A DNA stretch of 64,000 nt, taken from contig CAVSQW010000006.1 of NCBI GenBank assembly GCA_963730185.1, positions 32,001 through 96,000 of the forward strand. The letters run 5' to 3'. Position numbers and translations under genes: made by a program. The notes under the pieces were generated by a model. That model was given only the letters and a program-made list of their open reading frames with translations, was not told the origin of the DNA and made no database searches. Position 1 is the stretch's first letter. Each line of letters begins with the position of its first letter. Source of the DNA: an uncultured Gemmatimonadales bacterium (GTDB lineage Bacteria; Gemmatimonadota; Gemmatimonadetes; Gemmatimonadales; GWC2-71-9). Positions 49,989 to 59,820 of the stretch are shown here, one piece after another.

Positions 49989-50994
49989 CTACGGTCGGAC
50001 GCGAGTCAGGCTCCCGACGCCGTCGACCTGCATCGAGCGGACATCGGCAGGGCCCAACTCGAAGGTGACGAACGGATAGAGGCCGGCCATCCCCTCCCAG
50101 AGCGGAGCCCGCCACCGGGCCACTCGGAACACGTCACCATGCCAGTGGCGCAGCTCACCGACCCAGGCCGAGCTGACGTGCCAGACCAGGTGGCCGGCCT
50201 CGACCTCCACCCGGGTCGAGGCTTGCCGCGGTCTTCGCCAGCCGGGCCAGGAGCGCGGCGCTCCGATCCGGCACCGGCCCGGCGCCAACCAAGCGATCGA
50301 GAATCGTCCGGAGCACCGCGACCGGATACTGGGACAGTGGCGATTGCAGAACAGCGGTCGAAGGATCCGGTCTTCAGCAGCTACTTCCGGGACCGGGCCG
50401 TCAGCTCGGCCGCGAAACCTGCGACGGTGTAGGTGATGTTGTGGTAGATCCAGCGGGAGCAGAGTGAGGCCGCTGAGGGGCTCGTACGAAGGCGTCGGAC
50501 CAGCTCGTCGGCGGCTCGCCGAGCTGCCCCAGTATTCCAACAGCTGGTAGGTCCCGGCGACGCCGGTCGATGACTCAGCAGGTCGCGGATCGTCGTCTCG
50601 CGCGTGGCGTAGGCGTGTACAACTGGAAGGCGGGCACGCGGTCGACCACCCGGTCATCCCAGTCCAGCGCGCCTCGTCCACGAGCGTCCCGATCACGGCG
50701 GCGGTGAAGGCCTTGGTGGTGGATCCGTTGCCGAACAGCGTGCGGGTGTCCACGGCTCCGGACGGCCGACGCTACGAATGCCGAACCGTCGCGCAAGGAG
50801 CATCCGAATAGTGGCGAACAACGACGATGGCGAGCCCGGAACCCCCAGTGCTCATGGTCCGGTGGACAGCGGTGGACGTCTCTCAGGCGAGGTTCGGGTA
50901 CGACCGGCGCCCCTTGCGAGTCGGCGGTGCCGGTCCCGAAAAGCAACACCGCCCAAGCGAAGAGCGCGGAAGGGCCCCAACGACCGGTCATCAT
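49989..50994 (-). pseudogene. Serine hydrolase (beta-lactamase family), heavily disrupted
   Basis: Signal peptide, TLFGNGSTTKAFTA, TIRDLLSH, YHNITY, C-terminal LRHWHGDVF; many frame changes and shortened core. Confidence 0.65.
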
Positions 50995-51246
50995 GATCCG
51001 CTCGGCTCCGAACTGTCGTGCGCGGGTTGCGAGCCGACAAGCTTACTATCGGGTGATCTCAGGTTGTCGACGTTACGGATCGGCGAGGGCGGGGGACATC
51101 ATCACTGAGAGCGTTGGGCGGGAACGGCTCAGGATCAAGGTCGGGTTGGGAGGCCGCGAGGTGGGCGTCGACCTGCCGGCCCGGTCCTCGCGCAGCAGGT
51201 GGAAAGAGTCGTAAAGTCTGATACTCACCATGCACAACTGGATCGC

Positions 51247-52810
51247 ATGAGAACGCTAGCCCTGCTCCTCACAATGAACGGCTCGCTCACCCCGGCCGCC
51301 GCGGCGCAAGCTGGACCCGCGCACTCGAGCGAGCGCCGCCTGATAGAGGCGCTCGAGACCTAGACATTCCCGAGATCCTTAGGATCGATTGGGGACGCCG
51401 AGGGCCTCAATCTGGCCATCGCTCGGAGGGGTGAAGTGATCTGGCAGGCGGGCTTCGGCTTCGCCGACCTCGAGCGGCGGATCCCGATGACCGCCGCCAC
51501 GTTGACCCACTCCGGCTCGATGGGCAAGACCTACACGGCCGTCGCGACCATGCAGCTGGTCGAGCAGGGGGTGCTGGCGACTCGACGCGCCCGTGAACCG
51601 CTACCTCACCGGCTGGAAGATCGTCAATCCGCTGGGAGGCCGGGAGGTCACGGTCCGGGATCTCCTCACCCATCGGAGCGGGCTGGCCGAGAACGCCGCC
51701 TGGCCGGTGCTGAGCCTGCCCACACCGCTGGCCAAGCACGTCCGGGACGCCTACGGGCGGGACCGCAACGACTTCTACGGCGGAGCGGCGTCGCCCACCT
51801 GGACGGCCAAGGCGGGTGAGCGGTATCAGTACTCGAATCTCGGGATCGCCACGCTGGGGTACCTGGTCGAGATCACCAATCCGGAGAAGCTCTCCTTTCC
51901 GAGTACGTCCAGCGACACCTGATCGATCCGCTGGGGATGACCTCCACTCAGTTTCCACCGGTCCAGGATCTCGGCCCACGTCCGGCCCGACCTGTGGGCC
52001 CGGCTGTCGCGGGGGTACGCCGGGCTCGGGCCGGTGCGCATCCCCACCCCGGCGATCTACTTCGAGGATCATCCCGCGGGCACCGTGGTCACCACCCCGG
52101 GCGACCACATCCGGATCCTGCTCGCCCTGCTGGGCGACGGGCGCTATCACGGCTACCAGCTGCTCGAGCCGGAGACCGTCCGCGCGATGCTCACCCCGGA
52201 GGTGACGCTCGCGCCGGACGTCGCCGTGGGGCTGGTCTGGAATCTCCTCAACTGGGATCACCCCGATCGGAGCTTCGGGCACAGCGGGGCACACATGTGG
52301 GGGTGGACGAACACGTACGCGGCCTACCCGAACCTGGACCTCGCGGTGGCGGTCTTCATGAACCAGTGGTCGCTCCCCGACGACGGGCAAGGCGCCCGCT
52401 ACCGGGAGGCCAAGCTGGTGATCGACTTCGTTCGCTCCTGGATGATGCGGGAGCGGGCCGGCACCCTTCAGGCGGTTCGCGCGCGACCATGGGCCTGGAA
52501 GGTCTCTTACGTCCAGGGGCTGATGATGGTCGACTACGTCAACGGGATCCTTGGCATCTCGGAGCGCCTGTCGCCGGCCGCGATCGAGACCATGGTGCGG
52601 GGTGCGGCGCCGCGGGCGGACCGGGACGGCGCCGCGCGCTGGGACCCCGATGGATTCAGGACGGGGCTCGATGATCTGGCCCGGGAGGAGCTCACGCCCG
52701 CCGGCATCGCGACGTTTCTCGGCTCGGATCGGCTGCAGGTGCTGCCCGAAGAGCTGCCCCTCATCTATCTCGAGCTCGGCGGCCGGGGCACCTTCCCCGC
52801 CCCCAACTGA
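51247..52810 (+). CDS. Secreted serine hydrolase (beta-lactamase family) with C-terminal extension; several frameshifts
   Basis: HSGSMGK, LLTHRSG, YQYSN, FGHSGA in successive frames; in-frame TAG at 51361 in the signal-peptide frame. Confidence 0.75.
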
Positions 52811-52828
52811 GGCTCGGCCGGAGGAACC

Positions 52829-53913
52829 ATGGATCGACGAGAACTGTTACAGGGCGCCCTGGCCACGGCGGCACTCTCCACCCGCCCGCGGGGGGCACTT
52901 GGAGCGGCGGTCCCCGCCGACCCCGCTCCTGACGGGCCGATCATCGTCGAGGGATTGTTCGCGGGCTCGATTCGCCTGTCGCATCTCCGCGGGATGCAGC
53001 AAGGCGGCGTGCACTGCGGTGTGGCCGGCGGTCCGGGCGACATGGAGGGGTTCGCCGGGTTGCTTCGGTTCCTGGATCAGTACCGTGACGAGGTCGTGCT
53101 GGCCAAGTCGGTGGCCGACATTCGCGCGGCCCGACGGGCCGGCAAGGTGTCCACCGTGTTTTGCAGGCAGTCGGCCGATGCCCTGGGCGACGGGTTCAAT
53201 TCGGCGTTGGGCACGTCCGCCACCTCGCTTCGGGCCTTCGCCGAGACCGGACTTCGGATCATCGGCCTCTGCTACAACACGGTCAATCCCTTCGGCGGCG
53301 GCTGTCTGGAGCCCACGGCGGGCCTGACCCGGGCCGGCCATCGTTTGGTGGACGAGATCCACTCGCTCCGGCTCGTCCTCGACGTCGGCGGCCATACGGG
53401 CGAGCAGACCTCGCTCGACGCGATTGCCCAGTCCCGCGGGGTTCCGGTGATCTGCACCCACACCAACATCGCCACGATCGCCGACAACGTCCGGTGCGTG
53501 AGCGACCGGGTGATCGACGCCATCGCGGCGACCGGCGGGGTCATCGGGCTCACCGCCGTCAACGACTTCCACGTTCGGGGCAAGGGCAACACGGGGCCGG
53601 TGCCCCACGTGGGCATCGATGCCCACATCGATCAGTACGACTACCTCCGGAAGCGGGTCGGGATCGATCACGTCGGGATGGGCACCGACTTCATCGACGG
53701 GTTACCGATCCCCTACGGCGGCGGCGTCAACCGGGACGTCATTCCGCCGGACATGGTGAGCGAGCCGTGGCGGTACGTCGACGGCTTCGAGAGCTCGGGC
53801 AGCTGCCCAACCTGCTCGCCGGCTTCCGGCGCCGAGGGTGGAGCGAGGACGAGATCGCCAAGGCCATGGGCGGGAACTGGCTCCGCGTCTACGAAAGAGT
53901 GTGGGGGGCCTGA
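52829..53913 (+). CDS. Tat-exported membrane dipeptidase (M19) family protein; frameshift ~53795
   Basis: MDRRELL signal; IGLCYN, GLTRAG, ICTHTN, IDHVGMGTDF, then GGNWLRVY in the next frame. Confidence 0.85.
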
Positions 53914-54017
53914 TCCGAGGGGTCGGCCCGCCCGCTCGAGGGGCCGGAGGCTGGGAAGACGGCAGCGCGCCCCCCGCCGGCTATCTTCCGAAGTCGTCTG
54001 ATCCCCCTCGATTCATC

Positions 54018-55805
54018 ATGCCGGAGTTGCTGCTCATGGTCCCGCTCGGCCGGGTGTGCCTCAGCCTCGCTCTCCTCGCAGCCTGCGCCCGCACGCCCGA
54101 GCCCGCGGGGTCGGCGGCGGCTCGTCTCGATCGCGTGCTCGCGGCGACGCAGGAGCTCTCGATCTCGACCAGCATCGCGCAGCAGCTCAAGTACGGCCGG
54201 CCGATCGACCGGCTCGCGGGCGTCTCGCTCGGCGATGAGGAGGCCCGGGCCCGAACCGCGGCGGCCCTGCTGGACTCGCTGGGCGCCGTCACCCGCGGCG
54301 GCCTCACCCCCGATCAGGAGATCAGTGCCGAGGTGGCGGAGTGGGTGCTCCAAGGCCAGGTCGAGGCGCCGAAATACTACTGGCTGTCGTTCGCGTCGAT
54401 CACGCCGTACCAGAGCCCGCTCACCAACGAGCTCCTCTTTCTCGGCCGTGACCTCCCGCTCGACACCCCGGCCGCGCGGACCCGCCTGCTGGCGCGCCTG
54501 GCCGACATCGGCCCCCTGACCGACAGCATCCGGGCCGGCCTCGAGGCCCGCGCCGGTCGGGGCATCCGGCTGCCCCGCCCCGAGATCGATCAGGTGGTCG
54601 GCGCGCTCGGCGCGATGCGGGCTGCTGGGACGGCGAGCCCCTACGCTCCGCCCGCCGCCCGGATTGCGGCGCTGCCCGACTCCGTGCGACCGGCGTTCGA
54701 GGCCGCGGTCGAGGCGGCGGTCGACCAGTCCATCACCCCCGCCCTCGGCCGGCTGACCGACTTCCTCCAGGGCGACTACCGGGCGGCCGCCCCGGACGGC
54801 GTCGGGTTGAGCCAGTACCCCGGCGGCGAGGCCTACTACCGCTACCTCGTCGCCCGGAATACCACGCTCGAGCGTTCGCCCGAAGAGATCCAGCGGACGG
54901 GGCTCGCGTACCTGGCCACGCTCGAGGGCCAGATGGACAGCCTGCTCCGGGTCATCGGGTTCCAGGGCACCCGCCGCCAGTTCCAGGACGCGATGAACCG
55001 GGATCCCCGGTTCCTGGCCCAAACGCCGGAGGAGGTCGGCGCCCGGTACCAGACGTACTACGACCTGATCGCCCCGCTCGTCCCCAAGCTCTTCTCGCGG
55101 ATCCCGAAGGCGCCGGCCGAGTTCCGCCGGCTGAACCCCGCGCTCGAGGGCGCCCAGACCTACGGCTTCTACCAGTCGCCAACCCCGGCCTCGCCAATCG
55201 GGGTCTACTTCTACAACGCGTCGAACCTGGCCCACCGGAGCCTCTTCCAGGTGGCGCCGATCGCCTACCACGAGCTGGTGCCGGGCCACCACTTCCAGGT
55301 GTCGCTGGCGCTCGAAAACGACAGCCTGCCTCGGCTCCGCCGCGACTTCTACACCACGGCGTTCGGCGAGGGATGGGCGGAGTATGCCTCCGAGCTTCCC
55401 CTCGAGCTCGGGCTCTACTCCGACCCGTATGACCGGTACGGCCGGCTGATCAGTGAGGCGTTCCTGACCACCCGGCTGATCGTCGACCCGGGCATGAACC
55501 TGTTGGGTTGGTCGCGCGATTCGGCCATGGCCTTCATGCGGATCCACACCATGATGGCCGAATCGGAGATCCGGTCGGAGACGCTCCGGTACTCGGTGGA
55601 CATGCCGGCCCAGGCGTTAGGTTACAAGCTTGGGGCGATGGAGCTCTGGCGGCTCCGGCACCGGGCCGAGCAGGCGCTGGGCGACCGCTTCGACGTTCGC
55701 GCCTTCCACGCGTTGATCCTGGATCACGGGAACCTGCCGATGAGCATCGTGGGACGGATGGTGGACCGGTGGATCGCGGCGTCCGGAGGCGCTCCCGCCT
55801 CGTGA
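54018..55805 (+). CDS. DUF885 domain lipoprotein
   Basis: Lipobox LAAC; YHELVPGHHFQ, EGWAEY, RLIVDPG, PAQALGYKLG, FDVRAFH. Confidence 0.92.
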   Translation: MPELLLMVPLGRVCLSLALLAACARTPEPAGSAAARLDRVLAATQELSISTSIAQQLKYGRPIDRLAGVSLGDEEARARTAAALLDSLGAVTRGGLTPDQEISAEVAEWVLQGQVEAPKYYWLSFASITPYQSPLTNELLFLGRDLPLDTPAARTRLLARLADIGPLTDSIRAGLEARAGRGIRLPRPEIDQVVGALGAMRAAGTASPYAPPAARIAALPDSVRPAFEAAVEAAVDQSITPALGRLTDFLQGDYRAAAPDGVGLSQYPGGEAYYRYLVARNTTLERSPEEIQRTGLAYLATLEGQMDSLLRVIGFQGTRRQFQDAMNRDPRFLAQTPEEVGARYQTYYDLIAPLVPKLFSRIPKAPAEFRRLNPALEGAQTYGFYQSPTPASPIGVYFYNASNLAHRSLFQVAPIAYHELVPGHHFQVSLALENDSLPRLRRDFYTTAFGEGWAEYASELPLELGLYSDPYDRYGRLISEAFLTTRLIVDPGMNLLGWSRDSAMAFMRIHTMMAESEIRSETLRYSVDMPAQALGYKLGAMELWRLRHRAEQALGDRFDVRAFHALILDHGNLPMSIVGRMVDRWIAASGGAPAS

Positions 55806-57013
55806 GCCCGATTCGGCACGTCACCCACGGCCGTCCGCTCGACACCACCCTCGCGGGCGAGGCGTTGCCCGGGCCGTGGCGTTACTCCTCGCGGCTCGGC
55901 CTGGTCCTCTCCGGCGGTGGGGCCCGGGGCGCCTATCAGGTGGGCGTGGTGGCCGGGCTGGCCGAGCGGCTGCCCGGCCTGGAGTTCCCGATCCTGACCG
56001 GGGTGTCGGCCGGCGCGATCAACACCGCGTACCTCGCGGCACACCCCGGCCCGTTGCGCTCGGCCGTCGAGGGACTGGCCGGTGAGTGGCGGCGCCTGAC
56101 CAGCGACCAGGTGTTCAGCGTCCGCCCGGCCCGCATGACCCGGTCGGCGCTCCATTGGCTCTGGCAGGGAGTCACCCAGCAGAAACGGGGGCCCGCCACC
56201 GTCCGCGGCCTGGTCGACACGGCGCCGCTTCGCGCCTTCCTCGAGAACTGCCTGGACATGAAGGGAATCGACGCCAACGTCGCGATCGGGCGGCTTCGCG
56301 CGGTGGCACTCACCGCCGTGTCCTACGCCAGCGGGCAGGCGGTCACCTTCGTCCATGGTGATCGGGACGGCGTCCTCTGGACTCGGAGCCAGCGTTCGGC
56401 GGTCCGGACCCCGCTGACCCTCGACCACGTGATGGCCTCGGCGGCGGTGCCGATCGTCTTTCCAGCCATCAGGATGGGCGAGGAATTCTACGGCGACGGC
56501 GGGATCGGCGCCTTGGCTCCGCTGTCGCCGGCCATCCGTCTCGGCGCCCGCGGGATCGTGGCGGTGAGTACCGCGGCCGCGACCGCGGAGGCCCCGGCGG
56601 GCCTCCACAGCTACCCGACCGTGGCGGAGGTCGTCGGTCTCCTTTTCCGGGCCATCTTCGTCGACGCGCTGGAGACCGACGCGGAGCGCCTGGAACGGGT
56701 GAACCGGCTCCTGGCCGCGCTCCCCGAGGGAACGCCGGCGCCGGACGGGCTCAAACCGGTGGAGCTGCTGGTGATCAAGCCGTCGCGGAACCTGAGCCAG
56801 ATGGCGGGGGGACGGGAATCGTTGCTGCCGCCGGCGATGCGGCAGATCGTCCGGGCCTTCGGAGGCGCCCGGGTCAACGCCTCGGAGTTCCTGGCCTACT
56901 TGCTCTTCCACCCCGAGTACACCTCGCCCCTGGCCGAGATCGGGTACGAGGACGTGGGGGCGCAGTGGCCCGCGATCGAGCAGTTCTTCGAGCGGCTGGA
57001 GCGGCGGGGGTAG
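55802..57013 (+). CDS. Patatin-like phospholipase
   Basis: LSGGGARG, GVSAG, ASAAVP, DGG; GTGA overlap with DUF885. Confidence 0.92.
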   Translation: MSPIRHVTHGRPLDTTLAGEALPGPWRYSSRLGLVLSGGGARGAYQVGVVAGLAERLPGLEFPILTGVSAGAINTAYLAAHPGPLRSAVEGLAGEWRRLTSDQVFSVRPARMTRSALHWLWQGVTQQKRGPATVRGLVDTAPLRAFLENCLDMKGIDANVAIGRLRAVALTAVSYASGQAVTFVHGDRDGVLWTRSQRSAVRTPLTLDHVMASAAVPIVFPAIRMGEEFYGDGGIGALAPLSPAIRLGARGIVAVSTAAATAEAPAGLHSYPTVAEVVGLLFRAIFVDALETDAERLERVNRLLAALPEGTPAPDGLKPVELLVIKPSRNLSQMAGGRESLLPPAMRQIVRAFGGARVNASEFLAYLLFHPEYTSPLAEIGYEDVGAQWPAIEQFFERLERRG

Positions 57014-57026
57014 CCGGTCGGTGCGC

Positions 57027-59444
57027 CTAACGAGCGTTCGGGCCGGGAGGCCGGGGATCGGCCTCGGCCAGGATCCGATCGAACCGGGGTGTCCCGGCCA
57101 GGCGGGTGAACTCAGGATTCCTGAGATAGAACCAAAGCTGCGCGCCCCGAGGGCGGGCCCGTTCGATGACGTCGAGCGCCTGGGAGTCGCGAGCCAGCGC
57201 GAGTAAGGCGGTCGACGCATAGAGCACGGCATTGGGCGACGGCCCGTCGGGATCGAGCGAAGCGAGAATCCGGTGAACCTGGACCGCCGCCGCCACCGTG
57301 TCTCCCTCCGCGACGAGGGTCCGCGCCAGCAACGAACGGGCCGGCACGGCGTAGCCGCTGTCGAGGGCGAGCGCCAGCTCGGCTTCACTCCGAGCTTGCC
57401 GACGATCGCCCGCTTCGAGCGCCATGATCCCGCGCATGACCCGGACGTAGGGGCTGGTCACGGTGCGGCTGGCCAGCACGGCGCTGTCGATGATCTGGCG
57501 GGCACGGCGCGGTTGACCGTTCTTCCGGTACACCGCCGCGAGCGACATCAGGGCCATCGGCCGGTCGGGATCGAGGTGGAACGCCCGCCGGTAGGCGGCC
57601 ATCGCGGCGCTGTCGCGGCCCAGCACCATCAGGGCCTGCCCGTACTGATACCATCCCTCGGCGGTCGTCGAATCGAGGGCGAGGGCCCGCTCGAACGCCG
57701 GCAGGGCATCCCGGAGGTGGTACGGATCCTCCTGGGTCAGGACGTAGCCGCGGGTGAGCCATCCGGCGGCCGAGGTGGAGTCGACCGCGAGGGCCCGGTT
57801 GGCAAATCCGAGCGCCCGGGCCCGCAGCTCGCCCGGCGCCAGTCCTTGGAAGGCCCACCCCCAGTCGGTGAACAGGGTGTAAGCGTAGCCAATCTTGGCC
57901 AGAGCGTCGGCATAACCCGGGTCGATCGCCAACGCCGAGTCGTATTCGCGGATCGCCCGTTCGACGGCGTCCGGGGTCCGGCGGGCGAGAAGGAAGTTAC
58001 CACGCAGGACCCGGTCGTAGGCCGCGACGTTGAGGGTGGGACGGCGGGCGAGGCGGGTCCGATCGCCGGCCCCGAGCGTCACGCCGAGGGCTTCGGCGAC
58101 CTGGCCGGCGATCCGGCCCTGCAGGGCGAAGACGTCCTCCAGCCCGGCATCGAAGCTGGCCGCCCAGAGCTGCTGGGCGTCGCGGGTCCGGATCAAGCGG
58201 GTGGTGATCCGGATTCGGGCCCTCTGTCCAGCGCCCGACGCCCATTGCACCAGGCCGGCCAGGAGATACGGGGCGCCCACCTCTCGGCCGATCGTGGTGG
58301 CGGGAACCGAGTCGTCCCGGTAGCGGGCCGTGGCCGTAGGGGCCATGACGTCGAGCTCCCGCACGGTCGACAGGCGGGTGGCGATCTCCTCGGTGAGGCC
58401 GTCGGCGAAGTACTGTTCGGCGGGGCTGCCGACGTTGCGAAAGGGCAGGACCGCCACCAGCCGCGGCTCGAGCGCCCTCGCCCGCCAGACGAGCGCGGCC
58501 CCGGCGGCGAGCGCGAGAACAAGAGCCAGTCCTGCCACGCGCCCCGCCCGGAGCCGGAAACGGCGGCGAGTCCAGATGACCCGACCGCGCGGGGCGTCAT
58601 CCCCCCCGTCGAGCGCGGCGAGAAAGTCGCTCGCGGTGGCCGGCCGATCGGCCGCCGACGTGGCCAGGGCTCGGGTCAGGGCTCGCGCCACCCCCGGCGG
58701 CACGGTGGGCCGGACCGTGGTGATGTCGGGAGCCGGTGCACTGAGGCGCTTGGCGATCACGGCCTGGGCGGTCGGACCGGTGTATGGCGGCTCGCCGGCG
58801 AGCATCTCGTACAGCACGGAAGCGAGCGAATAGAGATCGCTCCGCCCGTCGATCGCCGGCTCGCCGACCGACTGTTCCGGACTCATGTAGGCCGGCGTTC
58901 CGATGGCCATCCCGGTCGCCGTCAGTCGGCTGCCGCTCAGCGCCGTGACGGCGCGGGCGATCCCGAAATCCGCGACCACCGCGTGGCCGCCATCGAGCAG
59001 GATGTTTTCCGGCTTGACGTCGCGGTGCACCACCCCGGCCTGATGGGCGGCGCCCAGGGCCTGGGCGACCTCCCGGGCGATCCGGATCGCCTCGTCGACG
59101 GGGAGCCGCCTTTCCCGATCGAGGCGCTGCCGCAGTGACTCCCCGTCCACCCAGGGCATGACGTAATACGGCAAGCGGCCGTCGGCCGACTCCACCTGGC
59201 CGGTGTCGAAGAGCGGCAGGATATGGGGATGGCGGAGGTTCGCGGTCGTCTCGATCTCGCGAAGGAAGCGCTCCGCCCCGAGCGGGCCAGCCAACTCGGG
59301 CCGGAGCACCTTGATCGCCACCCGGCGCTTGAGCCGGCGATCCACGGCGCGGTAGACGATCGCCATTCCGCCCGAGCCCAGCTCGTGCTCGATCTGATAA
59401 CGGTCGCCGACACCGAGCCGCAGGCGATCGAGGAGGTCGCTCAT
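57027..59444 (-). CDS. Hanks-type Ser/Thr kinase with TM, TolB-N-like and TPR domains
   Basis: ELGSGGMAIVY, HRDVKPEN, DFG, GTPAYMSPEQ, AVLPFRN, YFADGLTEEI; paralogue of 12541-14874. Confidence 0.95.
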   Translation of the reverse strand: MSDLLDRLRLGVGDRYQIEHELGSGGMAIVYRAVDRRLKRRVAIKVLRPELAGPLGAERFLREIETTANLRHPHILPLFDTGQVESADGRLPYYVMPWVDGESLRQRLDRERRLPVDEAIRIAREVAQALGAAHQAGVVHRDVKPENILLDGGHAVVADFGIARAVTALSGSRLTATGMAIGTPAYMSPEQSVGEPAIDGRSDLYSLASVLYEMLAGEPPYTGPTAQAVIAKRLSAPAPDITTVRPTVPPGVARALTRALATSAADRPATASDFLAALDGGDDAPRGRVIWTRRRFRLRAGRVAGLALVLALAAGAALVWRARALEPRLVAVLPFRNVGSPAEQYFADGLTEEIATRLSTVRELDVMAPTATARYRDDSVPATTIGREVGAPYLLAGLVQWASGAGQRARIRITTRLIRTRDAQQLWAASFDAGLEDVFALQGRIAGQVAEALGVTLGAGDRTRLARRPTLNVAAYDRVLRGNFLLARRTPDAVERAIREYDSALAIDPGYADALAKIGYAYTLFTDWGWAFQGLAPGELRARALGFANRALAVDSTSAAGWLTRGYVLTQEDPYHLRDALPAFERALALDSTTAEGWYQYGQALMVLGRDSAAMAAYRRAFHLDPDRPMALMSLAAVYRKNGQPRRARQIIDSAVLASRTVTSPYVRVMRGIMALEAGDRRQARSEAELALALDSGYAVPARSLLARTLVAEGDTVAAAVQVHRILASLDPDGPSPNAVLYASTALLALARDSQALDVIERARPRGAQLWFYLRNPEFTRLAGTPRFDRILAEADPRPPGPNAR

Positions 59445-59530
59445 GACCTATGCTCGCGTCTCCGCGCCGCGGACACAAGTCGGACCGGGTGGGAGGTCCG
59501 CCATCGACCCCGGCCCCGCCGATCGGGGCC

Positions 59531-59661
59531 GCCGGGCCACCACATCCAGGCATCGCTCACGCGCTGGAATGGCAGCCCTCCTCCGCTCCCGCCCGACTTC
59601 GACACCACGGCGTTCGGCGAGGGATGGGCGGAGTACGCCACCGAGCTTGCCCTCGAGCTCG
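59531..59661 (+). repeat. Degenerate direct copy of DUF885 segment 55280-55410
   Basis: Ungapped 131-bp manual alignment, 21 mismatches, 34-bp exact core. Confidence 0.85.
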
Positions 59662-59820
59662 ATCCGAAAACGCGGAAGGAGGCCAACCCCTCGAACGGAT
59701 CGGCCAGGGGGAAGGCCCGCAAGCCACGAGACCGGGTCAGGACTCCGACGAGGGCGTTGACTCGAGCCCGGGCCACGACAACAGTCACGACCGGGCTATC
59801 TTTCGGCTTCGTTCCCGTCA

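Noticed and set aside
55280..59661. DGR template/variable repeat pair (DUF885 segment and its copy)
   Set aside because: Most mismatches are not at adenines of either copy, the target is mid-gene, and no reverse transcriptase is in the window.
59700..59745. Cobalamin riboswitch-like GGGAAGGC..AAGCCACGAGACC
   Set aside because: Only a partial 3' resemblance; the conserved 5' core is absent and the downstream gene is not B12-related.
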